In this document: positions 46,355 through 56,784 of the stretch, piece after piece | Layout of the letters: every line of letters starts with the position of its first letter | Numbering within the stretch: position 1 is the first letter of the stretch | From: a virus | Virus record (IMG/VR): IMGVR_UViG_3300012944_000025 | Location: 25,581 to 89,580 of that record | Strand: one strand, 5' to 3' | Length of the DNA: 64,000 nucleotides | Notes under the pieces: model-generated | The model's input: the letters and a program-made list of their open reading frames with translations, nothing else | Database searches by the model: none | Told to the model about the DNA's origin: nothing | Translations under genes and position numbers: made by a program

Positions 46355-48031
46355 ATGTCAGGAAGCGTGAAGCAGTTCGTCGATTTTACGGGCAACACCA
46401 ACAACGACACGGGCGCGAATACCGTGGCCTCCATCCAGCCGATCGCCAACGGGGAGGCCGTCGACGGGACCGTGTCCGGTCGACCGGGCGAGAGTCTGCG
46501 CCAGCGTACCGAGGCCATCCGCGACGTCATGGCGGATTCGCTGTACCTTCGCGATTCTGACCGCAACTTCATCGCGTTTTGTCTCGGCGGAATTACATGG
46601 CCGGGCAGCACAACGGTCTCTGCCAGTGGCATACCTGTACTTACCAACACACTCTATCTGGTGCCGATGCTCACGCCCGGAGCAATCCAATTCGGAGCCC
46701 CGCCCATCGCATCTGCATTCGGTGTCTTGCACCTCAAACGGTCAAGCGACAGCGCGAACGCGGTCTCAGTGACGAGCCGGCGCCGGAGTTACGCTGCGGG
46801 AGATCAGATCAACGTGACCGTCACGTCTGGCGGCTCGTTTTCATGCTCGCTCGACGTTGAAATTGGTTATCGCAGGACGATCAAGATCGTAGCCACCGGG
46901 TCCACTACACTGGGCGCTGTGATCACCGCGCTCAACGGGCTGATCCCTCCCGCGCCTGACAACACGCAACTTGTGACCGCAGCGCTTGAAGGCGGAGCGT
47001 CGTCAGGCGATCTTTTCCTTGCACCACAAGCCCGGCAGGTTGCCGTGGGAAATTACGACGCCGAGGGTCATCAGATCGCCGTTAGCACTCTGTCGAGCTT
47101 CTTTTCTAGTAACCCCACGCAGGCTCTCGCGGAAGGCGATTCGTTGTGTGTTCGTTACGATACGGTGACCGACCCCGCCTCTACAGGAGGACGCCGACAG
47201 TCGCTTGTCGAGAACAGCAATACCTCCGTGCCTGCGGGTTCATTGTTCAACAGCCGAGTGCACCCCGAATTCTTGGTTAACGCTCTACCCATCTGTAAGG
47301 TGTTCAACAACAGCCTAGTGTTCGGAACGGGTTGTGAAATCAGGCCAGGCTCTGTTGCCGGACGATTAGACGGGGGAGACGGGACAAATATTTCGTATGG
47401 CGGTGGCGCTGCATGGGCTGATGGGACCGCGAATCCGGCGACGACAGTTGAAGGTCAATTCGATAAAATCATCAATGACCTGGTGGGTGCAACTGGGTCT
47501 GCAAAAATTCAAGGTGTTGCCAATGCTGATTTGGCGGCAGGCACCGTTAAACAACAAATCGATCTTTTGTCGAGCGGTTGGCTTAAGGTAGGAAAGTTTG
47601 TCAATGCTACATGGCCCCTGGCCGGTTCAGCTTTCCTTTTAATATCGGGTGGCGCTGTTCCTGACGGCTCCAGCGGGTGGAATTTCCCTACCACGGGCGT
47701 CATTCAGGCGAATTTAGGTCTGCCCGCGAGCGCAGTACTTACTAAGTTGCGTGTCCGATACAATCGGAACGGCGCCAATGCTTTTCAAGTGCAAATGGGT
47801 TCGATAGATTTAACTACGGGCAGCGGCGGCTCTAGCTCCGTCTTCGACGATTTGATTAGCGTAGGAGACTCAGTGATTGACATCATTAATTTTGGAGTTA
47901 ACGGGTCAGGTGAGTTTAACGGGACGTCAGGGCCGTATACATTGTTGAGCAGTAGAATTTACTATATACAAGTATCATTCAACAGAGCTATTGGGACACC
48001 CCAATTCATTGGCGCGATAATCAACCCCTAG
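46355..48031 (+). CDS. Tail fibre / receptor-binding protein
   Basis: Last gene of the tail operon; Gly/Ser/Thr-rich; GC content drops towards the C-terminus. Confidence 0.65.
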   Translation: MSGSVKQFVDFTGNTNNDTGANTVASIQPIANGEAVDGTVSGRPGESLRQRTEAIRDVMADSLYLRDSDRNFIAFCLGGITWPGSTTVSASGIPVLTNTLYLVPMLTPGAIQFGAPPIASAFGVLHLKRSSDSANAVSVTSRRRSYAAGDQINVTVTSGGSFSCSLDVEIGYRRTIKIVATGSTTLGAVITALNGLIPPAPDNTQLVTAALEGGASSGDLFLAPQARQVAVGNYDAEGHQIAVSTLSSFFSSNPTQALAEGDSLCVRYDTVTDPASTGGRRQSLVENSNTSVPAGSLFNSRVHPEFLVNALPICKVFNNSLVFGTGCEIRPGSVAGRLDGGDGTNISYGGGAAWADGTANPATTVEGQFDKIINDLVGATGSAKIQGVANADLAAGTVKQQIDLLSSGWLKVGKFVNATWPLAGSAFLLISGGAVPDGSSGWNFPTTGVIQANLGLPASAVLTKLRVRYNRNGANAFQVQMGSIDLTTGSGGSSSVFDDLISVGDSVIDIINFGVNGSGEFNGTSGPYTLLSSRIYYIQVSFNRAIGTPQFIGAIINP

Positions 48032-48465
48032 AGGCCACAAGTAGTACGAGGCGCCATATGGTTGTCGTTGTATGCAAACCCGAGGGTGGCCACAGCTGTT
48101 AACGTGAGCAGCCCATCAACCACAAAGGGAGGAAGAGTATTAAGATACCCTTCACTAATCGGGTTGGGTATACGGTCCTCCCCCTGAGGAAGCACCATGA
48201 GTGCCGTAATCACACCCAAGTTGACGCCCAGGCCTCCGTACAACGCCAAGGCACTGGGCTGTTTCCCAAGCGCGGCGTTGGTTTCCACCTGGGGTCCGCC
48301 CGAATGAATCGCGGCGTTGGTCTGCATGGTGGAACATGCAGCCCCAACAGTTGCCAGGCCTGCCATGGTGTATTGGTAGGCCCTATGCTGTCCAGGAGAA
48401 CAACTGACCAATATCAGGGTTGAAATCATGATAACGATGACTATCAACGTACGTACCTTATCCAT
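48028..48465 (-). CDS. Predicted membrane lipoprotein, low GC
   Basis: Signal peptide MDKVRTLIVIVIMISTLILVS-C (lipobox-like) plus further hydrophobic segments. Confidence 0.6.
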   Translation of the reverse strand: MDKVRTLIVIVIMISTLILVSCSPGQHRAYQYTMAGLATVGAACSTMQTNAAIHSGGPQVETNAALGKQPSALALYGGLGVNLGVITALMVLPQGEDRIPNPISEGYLNTLPPFVVDGLLTLTAVATLGFAYNDNHMAPRTTCGL

Positions 48466-48494
48466 ACAGTCTTATACCTTACGAGGTTACTCAT

Positions 48495-48704
48495 TTAAGT
48501 GATCTCCATGCTCATTGCCTCCGTAGGCAACCATTGCTCGTAGGTATAGTCGCCGCCGGCGAGCCGGCGAACCACGATTTTTCCCACGCGAACATCCACA
48601 AGGCAAGCGCCGCACACCGTTGCGACTGTTCGGGCCTTATTGGTTACAACCAACCCCTGATTGGCTTCATTGAACGACTCACTGCAATTGCTGCATGTCT
48701 GCAT
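48495..48704 (-). CDS. Small Zn-binding hypothetical protein
   Basis: CSNC...CGAC. Confidence 0.45.
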   Translation of the reverse strand: MQTCSNCSESFNEANQGLVVTNKARTVATVCGACLVDVRVGKIVVRRLAGGDYTYEQWLPTEAMSMEIT

Positions 48705-48743
48705 CTGCCATGATTACCACGCAATCACGGCCCTCGTCACGCG

Positions 48744-51044
48744 TCACGCGATGGAGCAGGCGCCGCCCTGGCAGGCGATCTCGCCGGCGAGGTCGGTGCC
48801 GTCCTCGACCTCGACGATCGACAGGTAGTCGATCGGCTCGTACTTGGCGACCAGCTCGTTGAAGCGGCGCTCCTGGTCGTCGGTCACCACGGCCTCGAAC
48901 GGCATGAACGGCAGGACCGGGTCCTCGGGGAGCAGCGAGACGCCCGTGAAGCTGTCGCGATGGGTCCACAGATAGTCGGCGACTTGGTCCCACTCGTGAG
49001 GCGCGACGTTGACCGTGTTGCTGACGTTGTGGTTGAGGCCCGGAGATCTTCCGGAGTCGTCGGTTCCGGGAAGCACCCAGTTCTGCTGCGTTGAGCGCAC
49101 CATCTCGAGGAACTCGATTGCGCCGATGTCCTTCTTGATGATCGCACCGTCGGGCGCTTGGACTGGGAATTCGATCACGTACTTGCCATCGGGCTTACGC
49201 ACGCACATGTGCGGGTTCGCGGCCTTGAAGGCCTGGAACACCGTCTCGTACTCGTCGGCGGTCACGCGGCGGACGTAGCGCCGAGCGTGATGCGCGTGGT
49301 GGCCGCTGCCGACGCTACCCAGCTCGAGAGACGTCGTGCCGCTGGGCTTGACGCACGTGGTGCGCGCCGCCGGGTTGATGCCGATCTGGGCCGCGTAGTC
49401 GGCGTTCCACTCCTTGATGCGCCCGGCGATCGCGCGCTGGTACTCGGGATTGCACGAGATGTGAGGCGCGTCGAGCATGCCCGTCATGCCGATGCCGAGC
49501 AGCGCGTCGCGCCGCGCGATCAGCTCGCTGGCGAAGCCCAGGTACGGGAAGCTCGTGTAGCCCGCCTGGAGCGTGCCGATCAGCGTGGCCGCGCGAGCTG
49601 CCTCGACGAAGTCCTCGAACGAGGTCAGCTTTGCGGCGTTGATCTCGCAGAGGTTGCAGAACGCCCAACCGGTGACGAACAAGTCGCGCGTGCCGCGGAA
49701 CGCGTTCGCGATGCTCGGCATGTTGGTCTCCGCCCAGGCGATGACCGAGTCGTCGATCTTCAGCCGAGGGTCGAGCCCGATCTCGGCGCACGGGTTCGTC
49801 CCGTAGTGGCTCTGCTCGAGGAACACGAAGCCCGGCTCGCCGAACTCGCGGATCATCTCGAACACGCGCTTGAACTGCGCTTCCTTCGTCTCGTGACGCA
49901 GCAGCGCCACAGAGTTGTTGGCGTAGGCGAAGTACGGCTCGCGATCCTCCTTCCACCAGTCGCCCGTCTTACACACCATCATCTCGCCGTCGTCGGGTGA
50001 GAACAGCGCAATCATGGCGCTGCGGCGAATCCCGCCGGACAGCACGGCGCCGGCTGCGTGGCACAGGATGCGGTGGCACTCGATCGGGCGGAGCTTGCGG
50101 CCCTGCGCACCGTGCAACACCCTACGGATCGCTTCGAGAGCCGCCTTGAGCTTGATGTGTCCAGGCGCGCGGCCGCCTGACGTCTTGAGCGGAGACCCCG
50201 CCGGACGGATCAGGTGGTACGAAAACTCGACGTGCGTACCTTCGACGAAACTTTCGACCAGTGCGTCAACCGCGTCGGCCCAGCCCTCGATCGTGTCCGC
50301 GATGACGTGGTGCACGACGCGCTTTTCGTCGACGTAGCCGATTCGAGGGAGCTTGCCGACGTGCTCGAACTGCACCGAGTAGCCCACGCCACAGCCCGAC
50401 AGGAGCAGAAACATCGCCTCGGCGAACGCGCGGGCCCTGTCGATGAGCGTGAACGAGCAGTTGTACATCCTGTTATGGTTGGTCTCGATCGCCGCGCCGC
50501 CGAACTGCATCGAGCGCATCGACGGCAGGACGCGCTTGTCGCGAACCAGGCCGAACGCCCACGCGATCTCCTCGCGCAGTCCCTTCACGCTCGCGTACCT
50601 GCGCTGGTGCATGTCCTCGGCGCGAGCGACGGTCTCGTCGTAGACCTCACGGCGAAGCAGGGACGGCTGATAGCGCGCGTACTTGCTCGCGTGGATGTAG
50701 TTGGCGATCGCGCTAGGGTCCAGGGCACGCCGGGCACGCCGGGCGTCCGTCCTACGCTGCCGATAGATGATGTACGCCTTGGCGACCGCGAACTCCCGAA
50801 ATGACATCAACGCGATTTCGACCGCGTCCTGGACGTCTTCCACGGTGACCTCGACGTCGCCGAGGGCTCTCGACGCCTTCATCGCCACGCTGCGAAGCGT
50901 CGCGTCCTTCGGCGGCGGGCCCTTCACCTCGATCCACGCCTTGCGCACGGCGTCCTCTATCTTGGCGACGCTGAACGGTTGCGTGGTCACGCCATCGCGC
51001 TTTCGCACCGTGGGCGGTGAGGTGAACAGGGCGAGTTCTTCCAT
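48744..51044 (-). CDS. nrdJ: Class II (B12-dependent) ribonucleotide reductase with N-terminal ATP cone
   Basis: VRKRDG ATP cone, PSMRSMQFGG, NCSF, GGIRRSA, TNPCAEI, CNLCE, TTCVKPSGT, C-terminal ACQGGAC. Confidence 0.92.
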   Translation of the reverse strand: MEELALFTSPPTVRKRDGVTTQPFSVAKIEDAVRKAWIEVKGPPPKDATLRSVAMKASRALGDVEVTVEDVQDAVEIALMSFREFAVAKAYIIYRQRRTDARRARRALDPSAIANYIHASKYARYQPSLLRREVYDETVARAEDMHQRRYASVKGLREEIAWAFGLVRDKRVLPSMRSMQFGGAAIETNHNRMYNCSFTLIDRARAFAEAMFLLLSGCGVGYSVQFEHVGKLPRIGYVDEKRVVHHVIADTIEGWADAVDALVESFVEGTHVEFSYHLIRPAGSPLKTSGGRAPGHIKLKAALEAIRRVLHGAQGRKLRPIECHRILCHAAGAVLSGGIRRSAMIALFSPDDGEMMVCKTGDWWKEDREPYFAYANNSVALLRHETKEAQFKRVFEMIREFGEPGFVFLEQSHYGTNPCAEIGLDPRLKIDDSVIAWAETNMPSIANAFRGTRDLFVTGWAFCNLCEINAAKLTSFEDFVEAARAATLIGTLQAGYTSFPYLGFASELIARRDALLGIGMTGMLDAPHISCNPEYQRAIAGRIKEWNADYAAQIGINPAARTTCVKPSGTTSLELGSVGSGHHAHHARRYVRRVTADEYETVFQAFKAANPHMCVRKPDGKYVIEFPVQAPDGAIIKKDIGAIEFLEMVRSTQQNWVLPGTDDSGRSPGLNHNVSNTVNVAPHEWDQVADYLWTHRDSFTGVSLLPEDPVLPFMPFEAVVTDDQERRFNELVAKYEPIDYLSIVEVEDGTDLAGEIACQGGACSIA

Positions 51045-51058
51045 CGGCTCGGTCTCCT

Positions 51059-51625
51059 TCAGACGGGGTTTTCCACGAGCCGACGAGGCCGGGGCCTCGA
51101 CTTCTTGCGTGGCGGACTCGTGATGCTGCGAATCACCTCGAGCTTGGACCTCTGTCGAGGTCGTGTCTCAGGGCTATCGTCGGACAGTGCCAGCGCGATG
51201 CGCGCCAGAAAGTAAGCGTCCGCTTGGTTGTGGTCGCCGGGGCGCGCTCCGTCCGCGATCGCCGCCGCGACCATCTCATCCTTGTCGGCCTCGGTGCGCC
51301 CGGTGGCCCACTTTTTCAGGTTGACCGGCGGCACATCGACGCGGGGGACACCACACTCGTGAACGAGCAGGCGAAGCACCCCGCCGATCTCACCCAAGGA
51401 GAACGCCTGGTTGATCGCGCCAAAGGCGTAGCCCTCGACCGCGGCGTAGACAACATCCATGCCATCCACGAACGCGGCCGTAACCGTCTTGATCATGGCG
51501 AGCCGCGCCATGTCCCGGAGGCCGGCGGGAAGCACCGTCGTGGACCGCAGAACGAGTCCGACGCCGGACACCAGGCAGAGCCCGGTCCCTTCCAGCGAGG
51601 CGTCGATCCCTAGGTACGATGGCAT
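51059..51625 (-). CDS. ruvC: Holliday junction resolvase, RuvC-like
   Basis: YLGIDASLEGTG, AVEGY, LKKWATG...ADK, NQADA. Confidence 0.85.
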   Translation of the reverse strand: MPSYLGIDASLEGTGLCLVSGVGLVLRSTTVLPAGLRDMARLAMIKTVTAAFVDGMDVVYAAVEGYAFGAINQAFSLGEIGGVLRLLVHECGVPRVDVPPVNLKKWATGRTEADKDEMVAAAIADGARPGDHNQADAYFLARIALALSDDSPETRPRQRSKLEVIRSITSPPRKKSRPRPRRLVENPV

Positions 51626-51705
51626 GGCGCCGTGATGGATTCCCACGCTACTATTGCCTTGGGATCTATGCAATTGAATCTAACGTTTTGTTTGATTGGA
51701 GGACC

Positions 51706-52089
51706 ATGTCGGCCGTGTCTCTAACGCTTCATCAGACGACCTCGGTGACGCAGAACGACAACGGGGCATCCTACCAGGCGACCAATGTCATCGAGGCTGC
51801 TCGGGGGATCGAGCGCGAGGTGTTCGTCTACCGGACGGATACCAAAGGGTTCGATCATTACGCCACGCCTGCTGACCTGGCCACCGTTCCGGTGTCCTTC
51901 GAGCTTGCCGTCGTGGACCGCCTACCCTTCTATCGACAGGACAGCCTCACTCGAAAGTGGCCGACGCTCGGCCTGATGCAGGACGATCTCGCGGTGACCG
52001 AGGCGCGTCTTCGTGGGCTGGCCCGCGAGGTGTCGCAGCGAGGCTCTGCGGCGGTGATCGACAAGACCATCGACATCGAGGTCGGCTGA
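51706..52089 (+). CDS. Hypothetical (possibly virion) protein
   Basis: GGAGG SD; plus strand like the structural genes. Confidence 0.6.
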   Translation: MSAVSLTLHQTTSVTQNDNGASYQATNVIEAARGIEREVFVYRTDTKGFDHYATPADLATVPVSFELAVVDRLPFYRQDSLTRKWPTLGLMQDDLAVTEARLRGLAREVSQRGSAAVIDKTIDIEVG

Positions 52090-53078
52090 TGGCGACGTTT
52101 GACCAAACGCGACACGTCGAGCTAGTCGCCGGCGGTGATCAGGCCTTCGTGATCGAGAACGAGATGAAGGCGGCCGCGATCCCAGTCGAGCTTCCTCACC
52201 TCAGTGTGTTCCTGGTGAACGTCGTCGACCCCTTCGATCCCAAGCAGGACTCGCTCGCTCGCGTCGCGACCCTCGCCGATCTGACTCTCGTGCCCATCGG
52301 AAGGGACGCGGGAATCGCGACGCCCGGCGCCGATGGCGTCCAGTTCCTGTCTGCCTCGTGGATCGCCTCGTACAGCACGCTGGAGACGGGATTGAACGCG
52401 GCGCAAGCGTTTCGCGACCGTGTCAACAAGCTGGTCGTCGACTGGCAGACGTTCCGCACGCAGTTCAACGCGCCGAGCCCTACGTCGGCAGTTTATACGT
52501 TCCCCGCGACGGACACTTCGCCTCGAACGACGCTGATCAACGCGTACAAGGTAGCCAAGCAAGATCGCTACCAGAAGCAGCTCGCGAAGACCGCGGCGGA
52601 TACCGCGCTCACCGCGGCGCAAGCGGACAACACATACAAGCAGGGCCTGCTCTCAACCCTCGCGCCGGTCGTCGCCGCGGTCACGACAAACCAGTCGGAG
52701 ATGACGCAAGTCATCGGGTTCCTCACGTCGCTGCAGGCGGCGGGAACCACGTTCGCAGGCGCCAATCCGAGTGGAACGGGGATCGCGGCCTTCCAGACAG
52801 CGTTGACACTGGCTGCCTCGCAAGGCGCGCAAGCCGTGGCGTTCAGCGCTGACGCCAGCACCCTGCTGGGACTCGTCGGAACCTACCAGAACGTGAGGCA
52901 GAGCGACGCCTCGACGGCGGCAACCACCATCACGACCGCCACGATCGATCAGATCGCCAAGACGCAGGCGCTGTCCGCCGCGGTCGCGATTGAGACTGCG
53001 GCGCTGTCCGCCGTCCTCGCGGTGTGCCCGGACTTCAACAAGCACTCGATTCCGTTCGTCGACGACACCGAGCCGTAG
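52089..53078 (+). CDS. Ala/Thr-rich coiled-coil (possibly virion) protein
   Basis: TGATG coupling; helical C-terminal half. Confidence 0.6.
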   Translation: MATFDQTRHVELVAGGDQAFVIENEMKAAAIPVELPHLSVFLVNVVDPFDPKQDSLARVATLADLTLVPIGRDAGIATPGADGVQFLSASWIASYSTLETGLNAAQAFRDRVNKLVVDWQTFRTQFNAPSPTSAVYTFPATDTSPRTTLINAYKVAKQDRYQKQLAKTAADTALTAAQADNTYKQGLLSTLAPVVAAVTTNQSEMTQVIGFLTSLQAAGTTFAGANPSGTGIAAFQTALTLAASQGAQAVAFSADASTLLGLVGTYQNVRQSDASTAATTITTATIDQIAKTQALSAAVAIETAALSAVLAVCPDFNKHSIPFVDDTEP

Positions 53079-53083
53079 GGGCC

Positions 53084-53122
53084 AAAAAAAGGAACCGCGT
53101 CAGTCGGTTGGCGCGGTTCCTT
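53084..53122 (-). terminator. Intrinsic terminator between convergent genes
   Basis: Stem GGAACCGCG...CGCGGTTCC with A7 on its left side (U-tract on the minus strand). Confidence 0.8.
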
Positions 53123-53170
53123 CCGAAGGAGCCCAGGGCCGCCTTCGCTTCCACGGTCAAGCCTACTGGA

Positions 53171-54361
53171 TCAAGCCGCGACGGTCTCGGGCTTCGCAAC
53201 CTTCGGTTCCATGATGATCCCGGCGGCGCGCTCCAGCTCCAGTCGCCGCTCGGGCGCCGCGGACTGGGCCAGCCACGCCACGGCCTGCGACATGCGGGCG
53301 ACGCTCGTCCCACGTGGCAGGACCGTGATGTCGCCGTTGTTAAAGGTCTCGCGGGTCGAGTCGATCTCCGCGCGGGTCAGCTTGAGCTTCTCCAGCTCGC
53401 CGCCCTTGTCGAAGAATTTCTTCGGGTCGACCGAGGTCTCCATCGCGGTCTCGAGCGTGGCGACCGCCTCGTCGATCTTCGGGGGCGACAGGATTCCGCG
53501 GACGTGGTCGCGCACCATCAGCGCCATCGCGTTGGTGTCCGCGGCGTACGTCTCCTGGGCGTACTCGATGTTCTCGGCGAGGCGCTTCCCCAGGTGAACT
53601 TTGCGCAGGCTGTCCTCGCGGGTGGCGGTGTTGCTGCACCAGATCCGCCACAGGAAGAATTGCAGGCTGAGGGCGCCGCAGCCGAAGTCGCTGTTGCTGA
53701 GGGACACGCCGAAGGCGAAGATCTCCTCGTTGCCCTGCTGCTTGCCAATCACGTAGGTCTTGGGGATCAGCGCCTTGACGCTGAAGCGAAGCTCGCCGCC
53801 GATACCCTCGATGGGCACTGCGCCGATGTCGTGGCACGTTCTGGCGAACGCGTCGAGGATCGGGCCGCTGTCCATGCGCCGGTACGTGTCCGACAGGACG
53901 CCGCGGATCTCCTCGTCGCTGGACCGGACCAGGAACTTCTCCTCGCCCCGGTGCTTGTACACGGTGTTGAGGGCGTCCGTGATCAGCTCGCCCCCGTACT
54001 CCTCACCGAGGAACCGGTTGACGAACGTGACAGGGATGTCCACGCGGGACGCAGCCTGCTCGAGAGCGTGCTTGTGCAGCGGCTCGGAGAACGCGCTCTC
54101 GCCGCGACCCTTCGTGCCCATGATCACGCGGTGAACCTTGCGGTCGCCGTCGGTCTCGGTCTTCGTCTTCGCCTTGACCACGTCGGTGCGGAACGAGAAC
54201 TGAACCTTCTTGGTCGGGACGACCCGATCGATCAGCTGCGTGTCGCGGACTCGCGTGATGACGTCGACGGCGGACGCCGACTTGAGGGCGATCTGCTGCT
54301 GAAGATGCGCCTCGGCGTCCTTGAGGGCGACGCCGTACGCGCGCTTGTCGTGGTGATACAT
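53171..54361 (-). CDS. DUF932-like phage/plasmid protein
   Basis: IRGVLSDTYRRMD, GVSLSNSDFGCGAL, RIWCSN; AGGAG SD. Confidence 0.7.
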   Translation of the reverse strand: MYHHDKRAYGVALKDAEAHLQQQIALKSASAVDVITRVRDTQLIDRVVPTKKVQFSFRTDVVKAKTKTETDGDRKVHRVIMGTKGRGESAFSEPLHKHALEQAASRVDIPVTFVNRFLGEEYGGELITDALNTVYKHRGEEKFLVRSSDEEIRGVLSDTYRRMDSGPILDAFARTCHDIGAVPIEGIGGELRFSVKALIPKTYVIGKQQGNEEIFAFGVSLSNSDFGCGALSLQFFLWRIWCSNTATREDSLRKVHLGKRLAENIEYAQETYAADTNAMALMVRDHVRGILSPPKIDEAVATLETAMETSVDPKKFFDKGGELEKLKLTRAEIDSTRETFNNGDITVLPRGTSVARMSQAVAWLAQSAAPERRLELERAAGIIMEPKVAKPETVAA

Positions 54362-54369
54362 GATTGCTC

Positions 54370-55764
54370 CTAGTTGTCGCTGAAGATCTCGGGCTCGGGA
54401 TGAAGGCTTCGGTGCGCGGGATCGCACACGATGATCTCCCCCAGGCCGTCGAAGTTCGACGCGTGCTGCGGGGTTACCAGCCAGATGACAGGGATGTGGA
54501 TGGGCGGTCGGTTCTCCTCGGATACGGGCGGCGCATACCCGTCGGTGTGGACGATGATGATGTCGGGCTCGGTGGACTCGTTGCCGTAGTACTGCAGCAA
54601 GTGCTCGAATGGCGCGTCGAAGTCTGTGCCGCCTCGCCCCACGATGTTGGTCGGGATCTTGTCCCCGGGGCGCAGCAGAAGATCGCGCTGTACGGCTGCG
54701 TCGAAGTCGATCGAGCGGACCTCCATGGCCTCGTCCACCATGAGCATGTGGTGCAGCTCGTTGATCGCGATCCGGGCCTCTTCCGACGGCACCGATCCCG
54801 AGGTGTCGCGCGCGAACACGACCTTCCAGCTGCGGTCCTTCGTGCGGCCCGGGGACGCGATGATCGCGTCGTCCTGCTCCGACAACGCCATGAGGGCCCG
54901 GTTGGGCACCGAGACCGACCTGCGCGCCTTGGCGAGCTTCGTCGCCTTGGCTCTCGACGCGAACACCTCCCACCACGGGACGACGGGCTCGGCGAGGTAG
55001 CTGATCAGGAACTCCTCGACGGACCCCGGCAGCAGGCCGCGCCCCCTGCCTCCGTCCGCCGCCAGCGCCTGGCGGAGCAGCGGCTTGATCTGATCTCGCA
55101 GGTGATGTGCTAGGCCGACCCTGGACTCGGAGAGTCGACCCTTACCGGCGCCGTCCCTGTTGCCCTTTCCGTCTTTGGCGTCCCCCTCCTCGTCTTCCGA
55201 CGGGTCGCCGTCCCACAAGCTGTGGTTGCTGAGCGGAATCTTGATGATGTCGACCATCTTCATGAGCCGCTCGACGTAGTCCTCGAAGGCCAGGTCGTTG
55301 GGCATGTCGAAGTGCTCGGGCATGTGGAGGCCCTCCTTGGCGTCCATGACCTGCCCGGGCTCGAGGTGGTCGAGAATCCACTTCCGCTGGAACGCAACCG
55401 CGTACCCCCGGTTGGGGTTGTTCCGCAGGAGCGAGTTCACGGCGAGGTCCGCGGCGATGCCCATGACGAAATCCGCCTTGTCCCGGTCGTCGTCCGAGTA
55501 CCGGGACAGCAGCTCGATGTACCGGGGCACGTGGTCCAGCGCCAGGTGCAGCAGCTCATGTTCGATCATGTACATCGCGGCGGCCATGTCGATCGCCTCG
55601 ACGTACTCGGGGTCATAGAACAGCGTGAGTCGGCCGCCGCGAACCCCGACCGCGAGCGCGCCGAGACCCGGCCGAGGCACGCGGCTCAACGAGGAGGCAA
55701 GGCGTCCGTAGAACCCCCGCTTCTTCAGCAGGTGAACGACGAACTCCGATATGTTCAGCTTCAT
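54370..55764 (-). CDS. DUF2201-type metallopeptidase plus VWA domain protein
   Basis: HELLH, AADLAVN, DTSGS MIDAS, GGTDF, TDGY. Confidence 0.85.
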   Translation of the reverse strand: MKLNISEFVVHLLKKRGFYGRLASSLSRVPRPGLGALAVGVRGGRLTLFYDPEYVEAIDMAAAMYMIEHELLHLALDHVPRYIELLSRYSDDDRDKADFVMGIAADLAVNSLLRNNPNRGYAVAFQRKWILDHLEPGQVMDAKEGLHMPEHFDMPNDLAFEDYVERLMKMVDIIKIPLSNHSLWDGDPSEDEEGDAKDGKGNRDGAGKGRLSESRVGLAHHLRDQIKPLLRQALAADGGRGRGLLPGSVEEFLISYLAEPVVPWWEVFASRAKATKLAKARRSVSVPNRALMALSEQDDAIIASPGRTKDRSWKVVFARDTSGSVPSEEARIAINELHHMLMVDEAMEVRSIDFDAAVQRDLLLRPGDKIPTNIVGRGGTDFDAPFEHLLQYYGNESTEPDIIIVHTDGYAPPVSEENRPPIHIPVIWLVTPQHASNFDGLGEIIVCDPAHRSLHPEPEIFSDN

Positions 55765-55785
55765 GGTGTCCTATACTTGTGGGTG

Positions 55786-56784
55786 ATGGTGATCGACCAA
55801 TTTCACGATCCAGTCCTGGGAACGCTCGCGAAGATTGCTGCCGAGCGGCCAAAGCTGGCCGCGGCTGTGATGCGTTTCGACGTCGACGTGTCAGAGCTGG
55901 ATACCTTGCCGGACGACGCCTTCGCGTGGCCGGAGAAGCGAGCCTACCCCGTGCACTCGCGTGAGCACGCGACGCTCTCGCAGGCCTATCGGGTGGGGAT
56001 GGGCGGACGCGTGCCGGCGCACGTGGACGCGACCATCAAGGAAGCGCTCCAGGTCTACGGCGTCGACGAGGCCACCTTCGCTCGCACCAAGGTGGCCTCG
56101 TCGACGCCGACGGACGACGCCTCCGACTACCTCCTGCCTGACATCAAGCGCCTCCGCGTGACCGAGGCCGGTCATGTCAAGACGGCCGCGGATCGCCTGG
56201 TCGAGGAGGGCGGTCGACTCTCGCCGGGGCATCGAGTGCTCGCCGGGGCCCGTCTCGTGGAGAAGGCCGCGTTCTTCGGCGTACGCGTCAGCGACGAGGT
56301 GCGGAAGATGGCTGGCCTGGTGGCGACGTCCACGCCGGTCCTCGCCGACTGGCTCGAGGCGCGCAGCCAAGCGGCTTCCGGGCCCTTCCGCGAGGGCTAC
56401 GTCAAGCTCGCCGCGGAGGTCCGCCGGTTGCCTCACGAGCTTCGCGACCGCGCGGTCCAGGCCCGACTAGCCTCCGCGATCGAGGAGTTGGACGGGCTCG
56501 CTGGGCTCGACCGCCTATGGGGTCGCCGGCTGCCGGACCCCCACGCGTCGGTGTTCAACACGACCAAGGTCGCGGGCCCCGGCGTGACGCTCGCGGGCCG
56601 GTTCATCCCGATGGAACACATGGCCGCCTACCCCACCAGCTTCTACTCGGACGCGCTGGGCCCGGACATCGTCCGGGAGGCAACCGACCGCAGCGGCCAG
56701 CTCGATGTCGAGAGGCTGGCCGCGGTACTCGGAACGCTACCCGTTGACATGCAGCGGGTACTTGTGTCCTGCATGGGAGCATGA
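55786..56784 (+). CDS. Probable head-associated protein with DUF6582-like N-terminal motif
   Basis: LDTLPDDAFAWPEKRAYPVHSREHA; recurrent KVA/KTA/KLA motifs. Confidence 0.55.
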   Translation: MVIDQFHDPVLGTLAKIAAERPKLAAAVMRFDVDVSELDTLPDDAFAWPEKRAYPVHSREHATLSQAYRVGMGGRVPAHVDATIKEALQVYGVDEATFARTKVASSTPTDDASDYLLPDIKRLRVTEAGHVKTAADRLVEEGGRLSPGHRVLAGARLVEKAAFFGVRVSDEVRKMAGLVATSTPVLADWLEARSQAASGPFREGYVKLAAEVRRLPHELRDRAVQARLASAIEELDGLAGLDRLWGRRLPDPHASVFNTTKVAGPGVTLAGRFIPMEHMAAYPTSFYSDALGPDIVREATDRSGQLDVERLAAVLGTLPVDMQRVLVSCMGA

